The notes: generated from the letters alone by a model not told the origin. Counted from the first letter of the stretch, positions 26,547-36,229 are shown. The stretch is DNA of 64,000 bases from Candidatus Peribacteria bacterium (GCA_023245765.1 JAHFJP010000004.1:375-64374), one strand, 5' to 3'. Numbers and translations: made by a program.

Positions 26547-26672
26547 GGGGGAAGAGGGCTCAAGAGGGTCAAGAGGGTCAAGAGGGTCAAGAGGGTCAAG
26601 AGGGTCAAGAGGGTCAGGAAGAAGCCTTTTTCCTCTTCACCGTCTTTACCCTCTCAGCCCTTTTTACCCTTC
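26547..26672. repeat. Tandem 9-mer array (AAGAGGGTC x6-7) followed by a partially complementary arm (long imperfect hairpin)
   Basis: Fills the whole convergent spacer between the Cys-rich gene stop (26545) and the tsf stop (26671). Confidence 0.85.
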
Positions 26673-27459
26673 AAATAGCCACCCGCTGATAACTCGACAC
26701 CTTTGCGCCGCCGAGATACTTCTCGACCGTCATCGACGTATCCTTCACGAACGCTTGCTTGATCAACGCGTTCTCTTCGCGGAACTTGCGCTCTTTGCCC
26801 ATCATGATTTTCTCCAGGATCTCGGGGGGCTTCTTGCCGGCGGACGGATCTTTCTTCATCTGTTCCTGCCAGATCTCTTTCTCCTTCGCGATCGCCTCCG
26901 CAGGCACATCGTCGGGATGGACGTACATCGGGTTCATCGCCGCGGCGTGCATGGCGACATCTTTCGCTTTGGCAACATCACCGGATTCCATGCCGATGAT
27001 GACGCCGATCTTGCGGTTGCTGTGGACGTAACTGCCGATGACTGGCGCAGTGACTTCGAGCGTTTCGCCGACGGAAATGTTCTCTCCAAGTTTCTGCACG
27101 GCTTCCGGCAGCTTTGCATCAGCAAGAGCTTTTGCCTTCACTGATCCGTCTTTTGCGAGTGCGGTTGCAAGCTCCTGTCCCAGCGCCTGGAACGCCTCGT
27201 TGCGCCCGACGAAGTCCGTTTCGCACTTGAGGACGATCAGCGACGCCTTGCCCGCGGATTCCGCGATGAAGATGCCGCCTTCCGTCTGATCACGATCAGC
27301 TTTCTTGACGGCCTGCGAGAGGCCGCGCTTGCGCAGGAGCTCAATCGCTTTCTCTTCGTCTCCACCGGCGTCCTGAAGAGCCTGTTTGACTGCGACGATG
27401 CCGACACCCGTGCGGGCGCGGAGTTGCTGGACGGCGGTGGCGGTGATCTCGGGAGACAT
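26671..27459 (-). CDS. tsf: translation elongation factor Ts
   Basis: MSPEITATAVQQLRARTGVGIVAVKQALQDAGGDEEKAIELLRKRG and the CETDFV motif. ATG 27459 is preferred over the upstream ORF start at 27516. Confidence 0.93.
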   Translation of the reverse strand: MSPEITATAVQQLRARTGVGIVAVKQALQDAGGDEEKAIELLRKRGLSQAVKKADRDQTEGGIFIAESAGKASLIVLKCETDFVGRNEAFQALGQELATALAKDGSVKAKALADAKLPEAVQKLGENISVGETLEVTAPVIGSYVHSNRKIGVIIGMESGDVAKAKDVAMHAAAMNPMYVHPDDVPAEAIAKEKEIWQEQMKKDPSAGKKPPEILEKIMMGKERKFREENALIKQAFVKDTSMTVEKYLGGAKVSSYQRVAI

Positions 27460-27512
27460 AGATAGGTGGGGAATCAGGAAGGAAAAATGTGAGTGGCCTT
27501 TCTGGCCGCGAA

Positions 27513-28229
27513 TCATGCTGCAACCAACTCGTCATCAACGTGTGCTTTCTTCGGTGAGGCTTCGAGGAGTTCGTTCTCGATGGTCGAGAGGATCATGAGG
27601 AGCGATTTGACCGCATCATCGTTGCCCGGAATGAAGGCGGTAAAGAGATCGGGATCGGCGTTGCTGTCGCAGATGCCGAAGAGCGGGATCTTGAGTTTTG
27701 CGGCTTCCAGCACCGCGACGCGATCCAGAATCGCATCGACGATAAAGACGGCGTCGGGCAGGCCCGTCATGCGTGACACACCGGCAAGCGCGGTATCGAG
27801 CTTGGCAAGTTTCTTGCGCAGGCTCGTCTGCTCCTTCTTGGTGTACTTCTCCACCTCCCCGGTCTGGAACGAGCGCTGGAGGTCCAGGTAGTACTTGAGC
27901 CGGCGCTTGATCGTGCTCCAGTTGGTCAGCAGTCCCGGAATCCACTTTTTGGTGACCATCGGCTGGTTCAGCTTCTTGGCGATACTCTCGAGCATCGGGA
28001 TGCTCTGTTGCTTGGTGGAGACGAAGAGGATCGTCTTCCCTTCGGTCTGCAGTTTCTTCATATGGTCGCAGACCTTCTTGAGGCCGTTACAGGTCTTGGT
28101 GAGATCGAAGATGTGAATTCCGCGGCGTGTGCCGTACAGGAACGGTGCCATCTTGGGGTTCCACTTCTCTTTGCGGTGACCAAAGTGACAAGCGGATTCG
28201 AGGAGTTGTTTCTCGGAAGGAATGGACAT
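27513..28229 (-). CDS. rpsB: 30S ribosomal protein S2
   Basis: LLESACHFGHRKEKWNPKMAPFLYGTRRGIHIFDL. Canonical rpsB-tsf order. Confidence 0.95.
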   Translation of the reverse strand: MSIPSEKQLLESACHFGHRKEKWNPKMAPFLYGTRRGIHIFDLTKTCNGLKKVCDHMKKLQTEGKTILFVSTKQQSIPMLESIAKKLNQPMVTKKWIPGLLTNWSTIKRRLKYYLDLQRSFQTGEVEKYTKKEQTSLRKKLAKLDTALAGVSRMTGLPDAVFIVDAILDRVAVLEAAKLKIPLFGICDSNADPDLFTAFIPGNDDAVKSLLMILSTIENELLEASPKKAHVDDELVAA

Positions 28230-28242
28230 GGGAATGAGAGGG

Positions 28243-28266
28243 GTAGGGGCGCAGCATGCTGCGCCC
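28243..28266. repeat. REP-like palindrome GGGGCGCAGCATGCTGCGCCC (third copy)
   Basis: Same core as 20776-20803. Located just upstream of the rpsB start. Confidence 0.8.
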
Positions 28267-28444
28267 GGGGAAGGGAGGAATAATCACAATGGTGGGAATC
28301 CTTGTTCAGCCCCCCAACGTCATTTCGCCTGATGCGTAGGCTCCTTTCGGAGAGGACCGCAGCGATCGGTCGGGAGGGATCTGCTTTCGCAGTGGGTGGA
28401 CTGTAAGCCAAGCATTGATCGAGTGCAAGTGGCTTCTCACCCAT

Positions 28445-28468
28445 AAAAAACCCCGCCACCGGGCGGGG
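28445..28468 (-). terminator. Rho-independent terminator (minus strand)
   Basis: Minus strand reads CCCCGCC-CGGT-GGCGGGG followed by TTTTTT, 24 nt after the stop of the 28492-29712 gene. Confidence 0.7.
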
Positions 28469-28491
28469 TCTTGTGAACATCGAGGAGCGTC

Positions 28492-29712
28492 TCACTCGAT
28501 CTCGCACGTCATGCTGCACCCGTCGCCGTTGATCATATTCCCGTCATCGCACGTTTCCGGCGTTTGGACGATGAGGTCCCCGCAGTAGCCCATGGGTGGG
28601 GGTGGTGGAAGAGGGGAGAGCGACGAAGATGATGACGAGGAGCCCCCCATGCAGTCGGTCGGGCATGTCATAGAAGTCTCATCGGCCTCGCAGATCAGGT
28701 TGCCGCAGACAGTCGGAGGTGTTTCGAGAGAGCATGCGACGCTGCATCCATCACCATCGATTGCATTGCCATCATCGCACTGCTCGCCCGTCTCGGTCTC
28801 GAGGATTCCGTTGCCGCAGGTCTGGGTGATACTCATTGCAGTACTATCGTATAAGCAGAGGGATGAGCAGCCGTCGCCATTGACGACATTCCCGTCGTCA
28901 CATTCCTCACCCTGCTCCACCGCGCTGTTGCCGCAGACGGTGTTCACGGTCTGCATGGTCATCACGGGATCCGTGTCGCGTTCGATCTGACAAGCGGCAC
29001 TGCATCCGTCGCCGTTGACCGCGTTGCCGTCGTCACATTCTTCCAGCATGTCCGCATCCACGAACTGGTCGCCGCAGACTCCCGGCGCCATCGCCATCTG
29101 GCGCTGACAAATCGGCGTGAATCCAGCCGTCGCATCGGCATCGGCATCGATCAGCACAGTGCTGCCGTCCGAGGCGAGCCATGGGCCTTCGTTTGCCGTG
29201 CTGAAGCGGCGAATGCTCGTGAAGATGCGGGAGCGGCGAGACGTGATGTGTGCTCCCCAGATGTTATTGTTGTTCGGAGCGAGGCCGAGCCGGGTGATTT
29301 CGACCTCCGGGGAGATCGGTTCCAAATGCAGGATCGCGGGATTCGGGTTGGGGTTGAGAACGCCCATCGAGTTTCCCGTCGCTTGCATCGTCATGACGAT
29401 AATGCCCTGGCGGTTGCGCCATGCGCGCTCGGTCACGTTGACCGTGGCGTTGGCTCCCCCGATCAGAACGAAACCGCGCGGGCAGTGTTGATTACGGAAC
29501 GCATGCACCCATTCATAACCACGGGCATGGTTCATGCCGATCTGCATTGCGCCGCCGATCATTAAGCTGGCCCAGGTACCGTTGGATCGGGCTGCCATTC
29601 CCTGGAGGCTGACGGGTGCTGGTCCGTTGAACGGCGGATACGCAAAAGCAGTGGCGATCGTGCCAACTGCGAGTGCGGTGGCAGCGATCATGGAAAGAGA
29701 ACGTTTAAGCAT
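28492..29712 (-). CDS. secreted Cys-rich repeat protein (DUF4215-type repeats in C-terminal half)
   Basis: Signal peptide MLKRSLSMIAATALAVGTIATAFA. Repeats EECDDGNAVNGDGCSAAC, EECDDGNVVNGDGCSSLC, EQCDDGNAIDGDGCSVAC and ETCDDGNMINGDGCSMTC. The upstream part of the computed ORF (to 29925) is not supported. Confidence 0.8.
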   Translation of the reverse strand: MLKRSLSMIAATALAVGTIATAFAYPPFNGPAPVSLQGMAARSNGTWASLMIGGAMQIGMNHARGYEWVHAFRNQHCPRGFVLIGGANATVNVTERAWRNRQGIIVMTMQATGNSMGVLNPNPNPAILHLEPISPEVEITRLGLAPNNNNIWGAHITSRRSRIFTSIRRFSTANEGPWLASDGSTVLIDADADATAGFTPICQRQMAMAPGVCGDQFVDADMLEECDDGNAVNGDGCSAACQIERDTDPVMTMQTVNTVCGNSAVEQGEECDDGNVVNGDGCSSLCLYDSTAMSITQTCGNGILETETGEQCDDGNAIDGDGCSVACSLETPPTVCGNLICEADETSMTCPTDCMGGSSSSSSSLSPLPPPPPMGYCGDLIVQTPETCDDGNMINGDGCSMTCEIE

Positions 29713-30281
29713 GAACGATGGGGGAAGGAGTTTCCGGCATGGTAATGAACCGGTCCTCGGCATTGCAACACGAAACAATCGCGTCACTAATTGCCATTCG
29801 GCAGTCCGCAACTGACCAGAACCTTCCAAATGTTCTTTGTGAACTTGCCGTCCTTCAGCACATTTCCCAATGGGCTGAGAGCTCCATCCGCGGGTTGCCT
29901 TCCTCGTTTCTCCACGGGAGACCACGCTCTTGGCGGAGTGACTGTCGGCATATTTTCGTTGCCGGTTTTACCAAATCCGTATGCTCCCATGTGTAAGGGG
30001 GAAAGTATTATGCCGCATTGCGATGGCCAACTGTTTCGTCATCAACGAAGAGAGTCCAAAAATCCAAGCCGCACTTCTTCAGCCAGAGGCCGAGATCGCT
30101 GAGGACTTTTTCCTGCACTTTGGGTCCCCTCCGCTCCGGCTCAGTCCATTCACGGGGAGGAGGAGTTTCATGAAGATACTGAGAAATATTGATGTGCTCG
30201 CGAGCGCCACGGTGAGGACTCATTCTCATAGCCATGATCGAAATCTAGACCATTGGAATACAGATGCAAGTGCGATGATGC

Positions 30282-31691
30282 TCACTGCGCTTTTTTCAGC
30301 TTCTCCATGAGCAAAGAAAGGCTGACACGTTCCTGTTTCAGAGTATCCCGATCTCTGATCGTTACCGTATCCTTCTCGCCTTGCTCAGCGTCTTCGCCGA
30401 TCGTGCCGAAATCGACGGTAATGCATTTGGGCGTGCCGATTTCGTCCTGGCGGCGGTAGCGTTTGCCGATACTGCCAGTGACGTCGAAGTCGACGCGCAG
30501 ATCGGTCTCATGAATAATTTTGTTGTACAGTTCTTGTCCGTAGGAGATAAGGTTATCCTTCTTGCTCAACGGGAGAATGGCGACCTGCACGGGGGCGATA
30601 CGGGGATGCAGATGGAGGACAGTTCGCGTGTCATCGCCTTCGAGTTTCTCCTCATCGTACGCTTCCAGCAGCGTCATCAATGTCAGACGCGAGAGGCCGA
30701 AGGTCGGTTCGATCACGTGGGGGATGAATTTGATCTTGGCGTCGTCGGGATCGGTGTACTGCAGATCCTCGCCCGACTTCTCCATGTGGTTTTTGAGATC
30801 GAAGTCGGTCCGGTATGCGAGACCGAACATTTCCTTCCAGCCGAACGGCGTGTTGTACTCCACGTCAGCCGTCCGCCTGGAGTAATGCGAGAGTTCGTCT
30901 TTGGAATGCTCGCGAATCCGGATGCGCTCCGATGAGAATCCAATTTCTTTGATCCATGCCTGCTGCTCGGCAAGCCAGTAGTCGAACGTTTTCTCCCACT
31001 CCTCGGGCCGGATGAAATATTCAAATTCCATCAGATCAAACTCCAGTGTGCGGAAGGTGAAGTTGCCCGGCGTGATTTCGTTGCGGAATGCCTTGCCGAC
31101 GGACGCGATACCGAAGGGAAGGCGCTTGCGCGTGGTGCCGAGAATATTCTTAAAGTCGACAAACATCGCCTGCGCGATTTCGCCGCGCAGGTAGACTGTC
31201 TGGCTCTTCTCCTGATCGATCGGGCCCAGGTGGGTTCCGAAGAGGAGGTTGAACTTGCGGGCGTCGGTCAGCTGCGTCTTGTCGCCGCAGTTGGGACAGG
31301 CGATTTGTTTTTCTTTGATAATCGCGGTGAGCTCGGCGGGGGATTTCCCTTCTACTTTGATGTCCGGATACGCGTTCTCGATCAGATGATCCGCGCGGTG
31401 GCGCGCCTTGCATTTTTTGCAGTCGACCATCGCGTCGTTGAAATTCGCGACGTGGCCGCTCGCTTCCCACACTTTGGGATTCATCATGATCGCCGCGTCG
31501 AGCCCCACCATATCCTGCCGGCGGCGGACGAACCGGTCCCACCACCAGTCGCGGATCGCGTTCTTCATCTCGGTTCCGAGCGGACCGTAGTCCCAGCTGT
31601 TGCTCAATCCTCCGTAAATCTCCGAGCCCGGAAAGATGAATCCGCGGCGTTTGCAGAGGGATACCAGGACATCGAGGGAAGGGGCAGGCAT
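30282..31691 (-). CDS. glyQS: glycine--tRNA ligase (dimeric class II type)
   Basis: LCKRRGFIFPGSEIYGGLSNSWDYGPLG, and the length (469 aa) and C-terminal anticodon-binding region are typical of GlyQS. Confidence 0.93.
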   Translation of the reverse strand: MPAPSLDVLVSLCKRRGFIFPGSEIYGGLSNSWDYGPLGTEMKNAIRDWWWDRFVRRRQDMVGLDAAIMMNPKVWEASGHVANFNDAMVDCKKCKARHRADHLIENAYPDIKVEGKSPAELTAIIKEKQIACPNCGDKTQLTDARKFNLLFGTHLGPIDQEKSQTVYLRGEIAQAMFVDFKNILGTTRKRLPFGIASVGKAFRNEITPGNFTFRTLEFDLMEFEYFIRPEEWEKTFDYWLAEQQAWIKEIGFSSERIRIREHSKDELSHYSRRTADVEYNTPFGWKEMFGLAYRTDFDLKNHMEKSGEDLQYTDPDDAKIKFIPHVIEPTFGLSRLTLMTLLEAYDEEKLEGDDTRTVLHLHPRIAPVQVAILPLSKKDNLISYGQELYNKIIHETDLRVDFDVTGSIGKRYRRQDEIGTPKCITVDFGTIGEDAEQGEKDTVTIRDRDTLKQERVSLSLLMEKLKKAQ

Positions 31692-31717
31692 GTTTGCAGT
31701 CTAGCAGAATCATGACT

Positions 31718-31996
31718 TCATGCCTCCATTCTTCTGTCATGACGAGATGTTCCCGCGTCATCAGAATGCTCAGCACGGGGTTGAGACAGTACCGTGCTCT
31801 GCTCATCTCGTGTTGCCTGCAAGAGAGGTTCCATCATGGTCAGGACGTACCTCTGGTCGTGTTTGCTCAGTTCGTCATAAGCGCTGACATCAAGTTTTCT
31901 CATCCGCGCGAATCTAAAGAGGTCACCGGATGCTGTAAAGAGGTGTTGCAGTAATTTTGAGCTCAAGGATGCTGCTCGGCAGTGTGAAGATGTCAA
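31718..31996 (-). CDS. small hypothetical protein (92 aa)
   Basis: Minus-strand ORF 26 nt upstream of glyQS. More protein-like than the competing plus-strand ORFs. Weak support. Confidence 0.3.
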   Translation of the reverse strand: MTSSHCRAASLSSKLLQHLFTASGDLFRFARMRKLDVSAYDELSKHDQRYVLTMMEPLLQATRDEQSTVLSQPRAEHSDDAGTSRHDRRMEA

Positions 31997-32001
31997 AACT
32001 C

Positions 32002-32217
32002 TTATTTGGAGTTCATGGCTTTTTTTTCGAGCAAATTTTGCAATCGCTGTTGTACCTCCTCATCCGAAAGCATGCTCACGTTCTCATGCGGAAGTCCATG
32101 TTCTCTCAGGGCCCTTCGATAGGTAAACCTGACACATCCGGATTCGAGCCATCCGCCGAATTGCTGCGCATCGTAACTTCCTTGGTCGAAGGTGTAGCCC
32201 CTGAATACCTCTGCCAT
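32002..32217 (-). CDS. small hypothetical protein (71 aa)
   Basis: Minus-strand ORF ending 5 nt before the 92-aa ORF start. Lower-GC patch. Weak support. Confidence 0.35.
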   Translation of the reverse strand: MAEVFRGYTFDQGSYDAQQFGGWLESGCVRFTYRRALREHGLPHENVSMLSDEEVQQRLQNLLEKKAMNSK

Positions 32218-32297
32218 AATAGAATTATAAGCTGAAATTTGTGAGTGTCAAAATTAGGTGTTTGCTTTCTCCGAAGCTGAAACCTCGGCGTAGCCAT

Positions 32298-33686
32298 ATG
32301 GCGAAGCCGGGCAAAATCTGGTATACTGTCCTGATGTCACCGAGCCTGCTTTCACTGGAATTCTCGCTCCCCAAAACGCTCGTCGTGATCGCGGCGCTCG
32401 CGGTGATTGTGGCGCTCGATCTCGTGTCGCGCGTCCGGGGCAAGCCCACGCGGTATGCACTGGGAGTCCTGATCGGCACAATCCTTTCGCTGGGACTCAT
32501 CAAAGCCTCGCAGGTGATCTTTGGTCCGGATCTGCCCAAGCAGGGCACGGCGATCGCCCTCGGGGTCTTCTTGATCTTCATCGCGTGGCGGCTCCTGTTC
32601 GGTACCTGGGAAGCACGGACGAAGGCGACGGTGCTCGGCACATTCGTATTCTGGATTTTCTTCCACGTGCTCTCCGGTGAGATGCCGGACGATCGGACCG
32701 CGCATCTTATTGCGATTGGCACGGCGGCGATTCCCGCCGTTGTTTGGTGTCTCCTGTTTCTGCCGTATCACCGCGAGCGTTTGAGCATCGTGTTCTGCAT
32801 GGTGCTCGCCGGCATGCTCGCGACGATTCCGATCCTCTTCTACGACGCGCTCGTGCGTGGTGGGGCGGAGCTCCACTTCTTTCTCTTCCGCATTGCGCCG
32901 GAGAGTTTCAATAGCAGCGCGCGGGTCTTCGTCAGTGGACACTGGCCGGGAATCTCGCCGCTGCAGACGTCGCTGCTCTCCATGTTCCTCTCGTTCGTGC
33001 TCGTCGGTGTGATCGAAGAGGGGAGCAAGCTCTGGGTGCTGTGGCGCGCAGGCCGGCAGTATGTCAGTTCCATTGATGACGTGATGCAGATGGCCGTGCT
33101 CGTCGCGATCGGTTTTGCGTTCGCCGAGAACGTGACGAACTCCGGTTACTTCCTCGGCTTCGTCCGGGAGTTCCTGCTCACGCCCGGCAGCCGCAACTGG
33201 GCGGGATTCCTGGGCAACGTCGCCGGCCGGTCCATTCTGACGAGCATGGTGCACATCGTCTCGACCGGGCTCATGGGCTACTACGTCGGACTCGCGCTCT
33301 TCGCCGGACCATTCCTGCGGGAACAGCAGGCCAAGGGCGTCCGGTATCGCGCGCTCGAGTGGTGCCACGATGTGCTCGGCATTCCCAAGCGCGATCTCTA
33401 CCGCCGCCTCAAGATCCTCACGGGATTCACGATCGCGATCTTCCTGCACGCGCTCAGTAACTTCCTCGTCTCGCTGCCCGATGCTCTTCCGGGAAATCCT
33501 CGGACCGTCGGTGATCTGCTCCATTCGGCACCCTCGTCGCCGCTGCACTACATCGCGTTGCTGCTCGCTCCCACCCTCCTCTACGTCGTAGGCGGATTCT
33601 CACTGCTGACGTATCTGTTTGAGAAGAAGGAGAATATGAAGGAGTTGGGACACATTGTTGAGGATGGTGTTGAAACAGGCGAATAG
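32298..33686 (+). CDS. PrsW-family intramembrane protease-like membrane protein
   Basis: Multi-pass membrane protein with EEGSK (ExxK), GFAFAEN and HALSN motifs typical of PrsW. Start is uncertain (GTG 32241, ATG 32298 or ATG 32337). Confidence 0.75.
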   Translation: MAKPGKIWYTVLMSPSLLSLEFSLPKTLVVIAALAVIVALDLVSRVRGKPTRYALGVLIGTILSLGLIKASQVIFGPDLPKQGTAIALGVFLIFIAWRLLFGTWEARTKATVLGTFVFWIFFHVLSGEMPDDRTAHLIAIGTAAIPAVVWCLLFLPYHRERLSIVFCMVLAGMLATIPILFYDALVRGGAELHFFLFRIAPESFNSSARVFVSGHWPGISPLQTSLLSMFLSFVLVGVIEEGSKLWVLWRAGRQYVSSIDDVMQMAVLVAIGFAFAENVTNSGYFLGFVREFLLTPGSRNWAGFLGNVAGRSILTSMVHIVSTGLMGYYVGLALFAGPFLREQQAKGVRYRALEWCHDVLGIPKRDLYRRLKILTGFTIAIFLHALSNFLVSLPDALPGNPRTVGDLLHSAPSSPLHYIALLLAPTLLYVVGGFSLLTYLFEKKENMKELGHIVEDGVETGE

Positions 33687-33730
33687 GAGAAAAAGTGAAA
33701 AGTGGAAAGTGAAAAGTGAAAAGTGAAAAA
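33687..33730. repeat. Tandem 9-mer array (AGTGAAAAG x ~4.5)
   Basis: Starts at the nucleotide after the PrsW-like gene TAG. No obvious complementary arm. Confidence 0.8.
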
Positions 33731-33783
33731 TTTTTCGCCTGATATCTCTGGTGACATCTTTTGGGGACTGTTACAGTGCTCAT

Positions 33784-35448
33784 ATGAGTAATCTTCCTGT
33801 ATGGACCAAGCGGGCAATCGGTGTGTGCATGGTGCTGACGTTGGCGCTTCCGGCTGCGGCAGGGGCCGCGACCGTCACGACGCTCCTCAATGCCCGGGAG
33901 ACGGAGCGTGTTACGCGTAGTGACTTCCTGCGCGCGGCGGTAAAGGCGTCGGGCATGCCGACTCCCCAGTCGGGTGCCGTCCCGTACGACAAGGTTCCCG
34001 AAGCGTTGCTCCCGTACGTCCGTGCCGCCGAGGTGAAACATGCCCTCAAGATCTTCGGCAGCGAAGGCCGTGCGCTCAACTTCCAGAAGACGCTCACCCG
34101 CGGCGAGGCGCTCGCGATCATCGAGGAACTCCTGCAGGCGGTTCCTTCGTTTGCCAAGAAAACTGATGCGAAAAAGTTCACCGATGCCGTCAGCGATAGC
34201 GACGCTACGCTCATCGCGCTGGCCATCGAACGCAACTGGATGAAAGCCGAGAATGCAACGCTCTTCGGTCTCAAGCGTCCTCTGCGTGGGAAAGAGGCGA
34301 GGTTACTCCTCACGCGCGCGTTCCAGATTTCCTCCAACAACGATCAGGGAACCGAAACGCTTTCTTCCCCGGTGATTCGCATCAATATCCAGCGAGCCAG
34401 CACGGTCGAACCGGTGCCCAAGCAGGATCTGCTTGAAGGCGTGTGGAACGCGCTGCGCCGTAACTACCTCTACCGCGACCGCCTGACCGTCGACAAAGCC
34501 GGCGACAAAGCGATCGAAGGTTTGGTGAATTCCCTCGGCGATCCATATACGGTCTACATGCCGAAGACGAAGAACGAAGACTTCAAGCTGCAGATGAAGG
34601 GCGAAGTCGAAGGTATCGGCGCGACGGTCGAAATGACGGGAGGTGTTCTCACTATTGTCTCGCCTCTGCGTGGTTCCCCGGCCGAGAAGTCGGGGCTCAA
34701 ACCCAAAGATCAAATCCTCTCCGTTGATGGCACCACTCTGAACGGCATGACACTCGATGATGCCGTCCGCTATGTGCGGGGCCCCAAGGGATCCTCGGCG
34801 GTGCTCAAGATTCGCCGCGGGGGCACGGAGTTTGAGGTGACCGTCACGCGCGAGAAAGTCTTCATTCCCGAAGTGGAAGTGATCGATGACCGCAACGTCG
34901 CAATCGTCAAGATCCTCCAGTTCTGGGACACCACGGATACCAAATTCCGTACCACGATGGGCGAGGTCCAGAGCCGCAATCCCCGCGGGATCATCCTCGA
35001 TCTGCGCAACAATCCCGGCGGGCTCTTGCATGCGGCAGGCACCGTCGTCGGCACGTTCCTCCCCAAGGGGAGTCCGTACGTCTCGATCATGGAGATCGAT
35101 ACCACGCGCGCGGAGACGACGGAAGACGAACTCGTGGTCAAGGAATCCATTCCGATGATCGTCCTCGTCAACAAGGGATCGGCCAGTGCGTCGGAGATTG
35201 TCGCGGGCGCTCTGCAGGACGCCGGCCGTGCCAAGATCGTCGGCGAAACCAGTTACGGAAAGGGAACGGTGCAGCAGGTGATGCAGTTCCCGGACGGCTC
35301 CAGTCTCAAGTACACGATTGCCGAGTGGCGCACGCCCAAGGGCCGCAAGATCGACAAGCTCGGCATCACGCCGGACGTTCTCGTCAGCAATGAAGGCAGC
35401 AAGGACAAGGATCTGCAGATGGAGAAGGCGATGGAACTATTGCGATAG
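33784..35448 (+). CDS. ctpA: S41 carboxyl-terminal processing protease with N-terminal SLH-like region
   Basis: PDZ (GSPAEKSGLKPKDQILSVDG), LDLRNNPGGLL, VLVNKGSASASEIVAGALQD and GKGTVQ. Signal peptide follows ATG 33784. Confidence 0.9.
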   Translation: MSNLPVWTKRAIGVCMVLTLALPAAAGAATVTTLLNARETERVTRSDFLRAAVKASGMPTPQSGAVPYDKVPEALLPYVRAAEVKHALKIFGSEGRALNFQKTLTRGEALAIIEELLQAVPSFAKKTDAKKFTDAVSDSDATLIALAIERNWMKAENATLFGLKRPLRGKEARLLLTRAFQISSNNDQGTETLSSPVIRINIQRASTVEPVPKQDLLEGVWNALRRNYLYRDRLTVDKAGDKAIEGLVNSLGDPYTVYMPKTKNEDFKLQMKGEVEGIGATVEMTGGVLTIVSPLRGSPAEKSGLKPKDQILSVDGTTLNGMTLDDAVRYVRGPKGSSAVLKIRRGGTEFEVTVTREKVFIPEVEVIDDRNVAIVKILQFWDTTDTKFRTTMGEVQSRNPRGIILDLRNNPGGLLHAAGTVVGTFLPKGSPYVSIMEIDTTRAETTEDELVVKESIPMIVLVNKGSASASEIVAGALQDAGRAKIVGETSYGKGTVQQVMQFPDGSSLKYTIAEWRTPKGRKIDKLGITPDVLVSNEGSKDKDLQMEKAMELLR

Positions 35449-35526
35449 GAAACCGAGGTAACCGAAGACTCCGAGGTAACCGAGGATCGTCGGTTTCTTC
35501 GGTTGCATTGGTTGCTTCGGTTTCTT
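35449..35526. repeat. Family-A 9-mer palindrome, copy A3
   Basis: Begins at the nucleotide after the protease TAG. Centre GATC at 35485-35488. Confidence 0.85.
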
Positions 35527-35544
35527 GCGTCTACACTTCTGTCC

Positions 35545-36183
35545 ATGAACCTTCTCCAGCACGCCCTCGACCTCTTCCTCCACCTCGACGTCCATCTCGC
35601 CGCGATCATCGAGCAGTTCGGGTTCTTTACCTACCTCATCCTCTTCATCACGATTTTCTGCGAGACCGGCCTCGTCTTTACGCCGTTCCTGCCCGGTGAT
35701 TCTCTCCTCTTTGCGGCTGGTGCATTTGCCGCGCGGGGATCACTCAATCCATTCTTCCTGACATTGCTTCTCGGTGCCGCGGCGATCCTCGGCGATTCCT
35801 GTAACTACTGGTTCGGCGGACTGCTCGGCCGGCGCGTGTTCAAAGAACACCGGAAAATTCTGAGCCTGGAGAATCTGCGTGCCACCGAAGAGTTCTACAA
35901 GCGGCACGGGAGCAAGGCTGTCATCTTCGCGCGCTTCCTCCCGATGCTTCGGACGATCGTTCCGTTCGTCGCGGGTGTGGCGAAGATGCCGTACCACGTC
36001 TTCTTTTTCTACAACGTCGTCGGCGGTGCCGTGTGGGTGCTCCTCTTCGTCTGGGGCGGGTACTTCTTCGGAACGATTCCGGCGGTCGAGAAGAATTTCT
36101 CGCTCGTGATTCTGGCGATCATCGTCGTTTCGCTATTGCCTGCCGCTGTGCATGCAATCAGACATTGGTGGAAGAGAAGGTAG
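35545..36183 (+). CDS. dedA: DedA/SNARE-associated family membrane protein
   Basis: FCETGLVFTPFLPGDSLLFAAG and RHGSKAVIFARFLPMLRTIVPFVAG. ATG 35545 lies after the repeat. Confidence 0.85.
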   Translation: MNLLQHALDLFLHLDVHLAAIIEQFGFFTYLILFITIFCETGLVFTPFLPGDSLLFAAGAFAARGSLNPFFLTLLLGAAAILGDSCNYWFGGLLGRRVFKEHRKILSLENLRATEEFYKRHGSKAVIFARFLPMLRTIVPFVAGVAKMPYHVFFFYNVVGGAVWVLLFVWGGYFFGTIPAVEKNFSLVILAIIVVSLLPAAVHAIRHWWKRR

Positions 36184-36229
36184 CAGCCACAGGCGATTTT
36201 CTTGCTTTTTGAGGAGGGGAACATAAAGT

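Noticed and set aside
26552-26616. Possible CRISPR array (regular short repeats)
   Set aside because: The units are contiguous 9-mers with no spacers, and no cas genes are in the window. It is a tandem microsatellite-like array forming one arm of a hairpin.
29926-30281. ORFs 29981-30310 (+) and 30008-30235 (-) in the spacer between the Cys-rich gene start and the glyQS stop
   Set aside because: They are mutually overlapping short ORFs without motifs or convincing composition. I left the region unannotated.
31692-32240. T-box leader upstream of glyQS (also checked upstream of hisS, 54503-54587)
   Set aside because: No T-box consensus (…GGGTGGTACCGCG…) or specifier-loop architecture was seen on the relevant strand.
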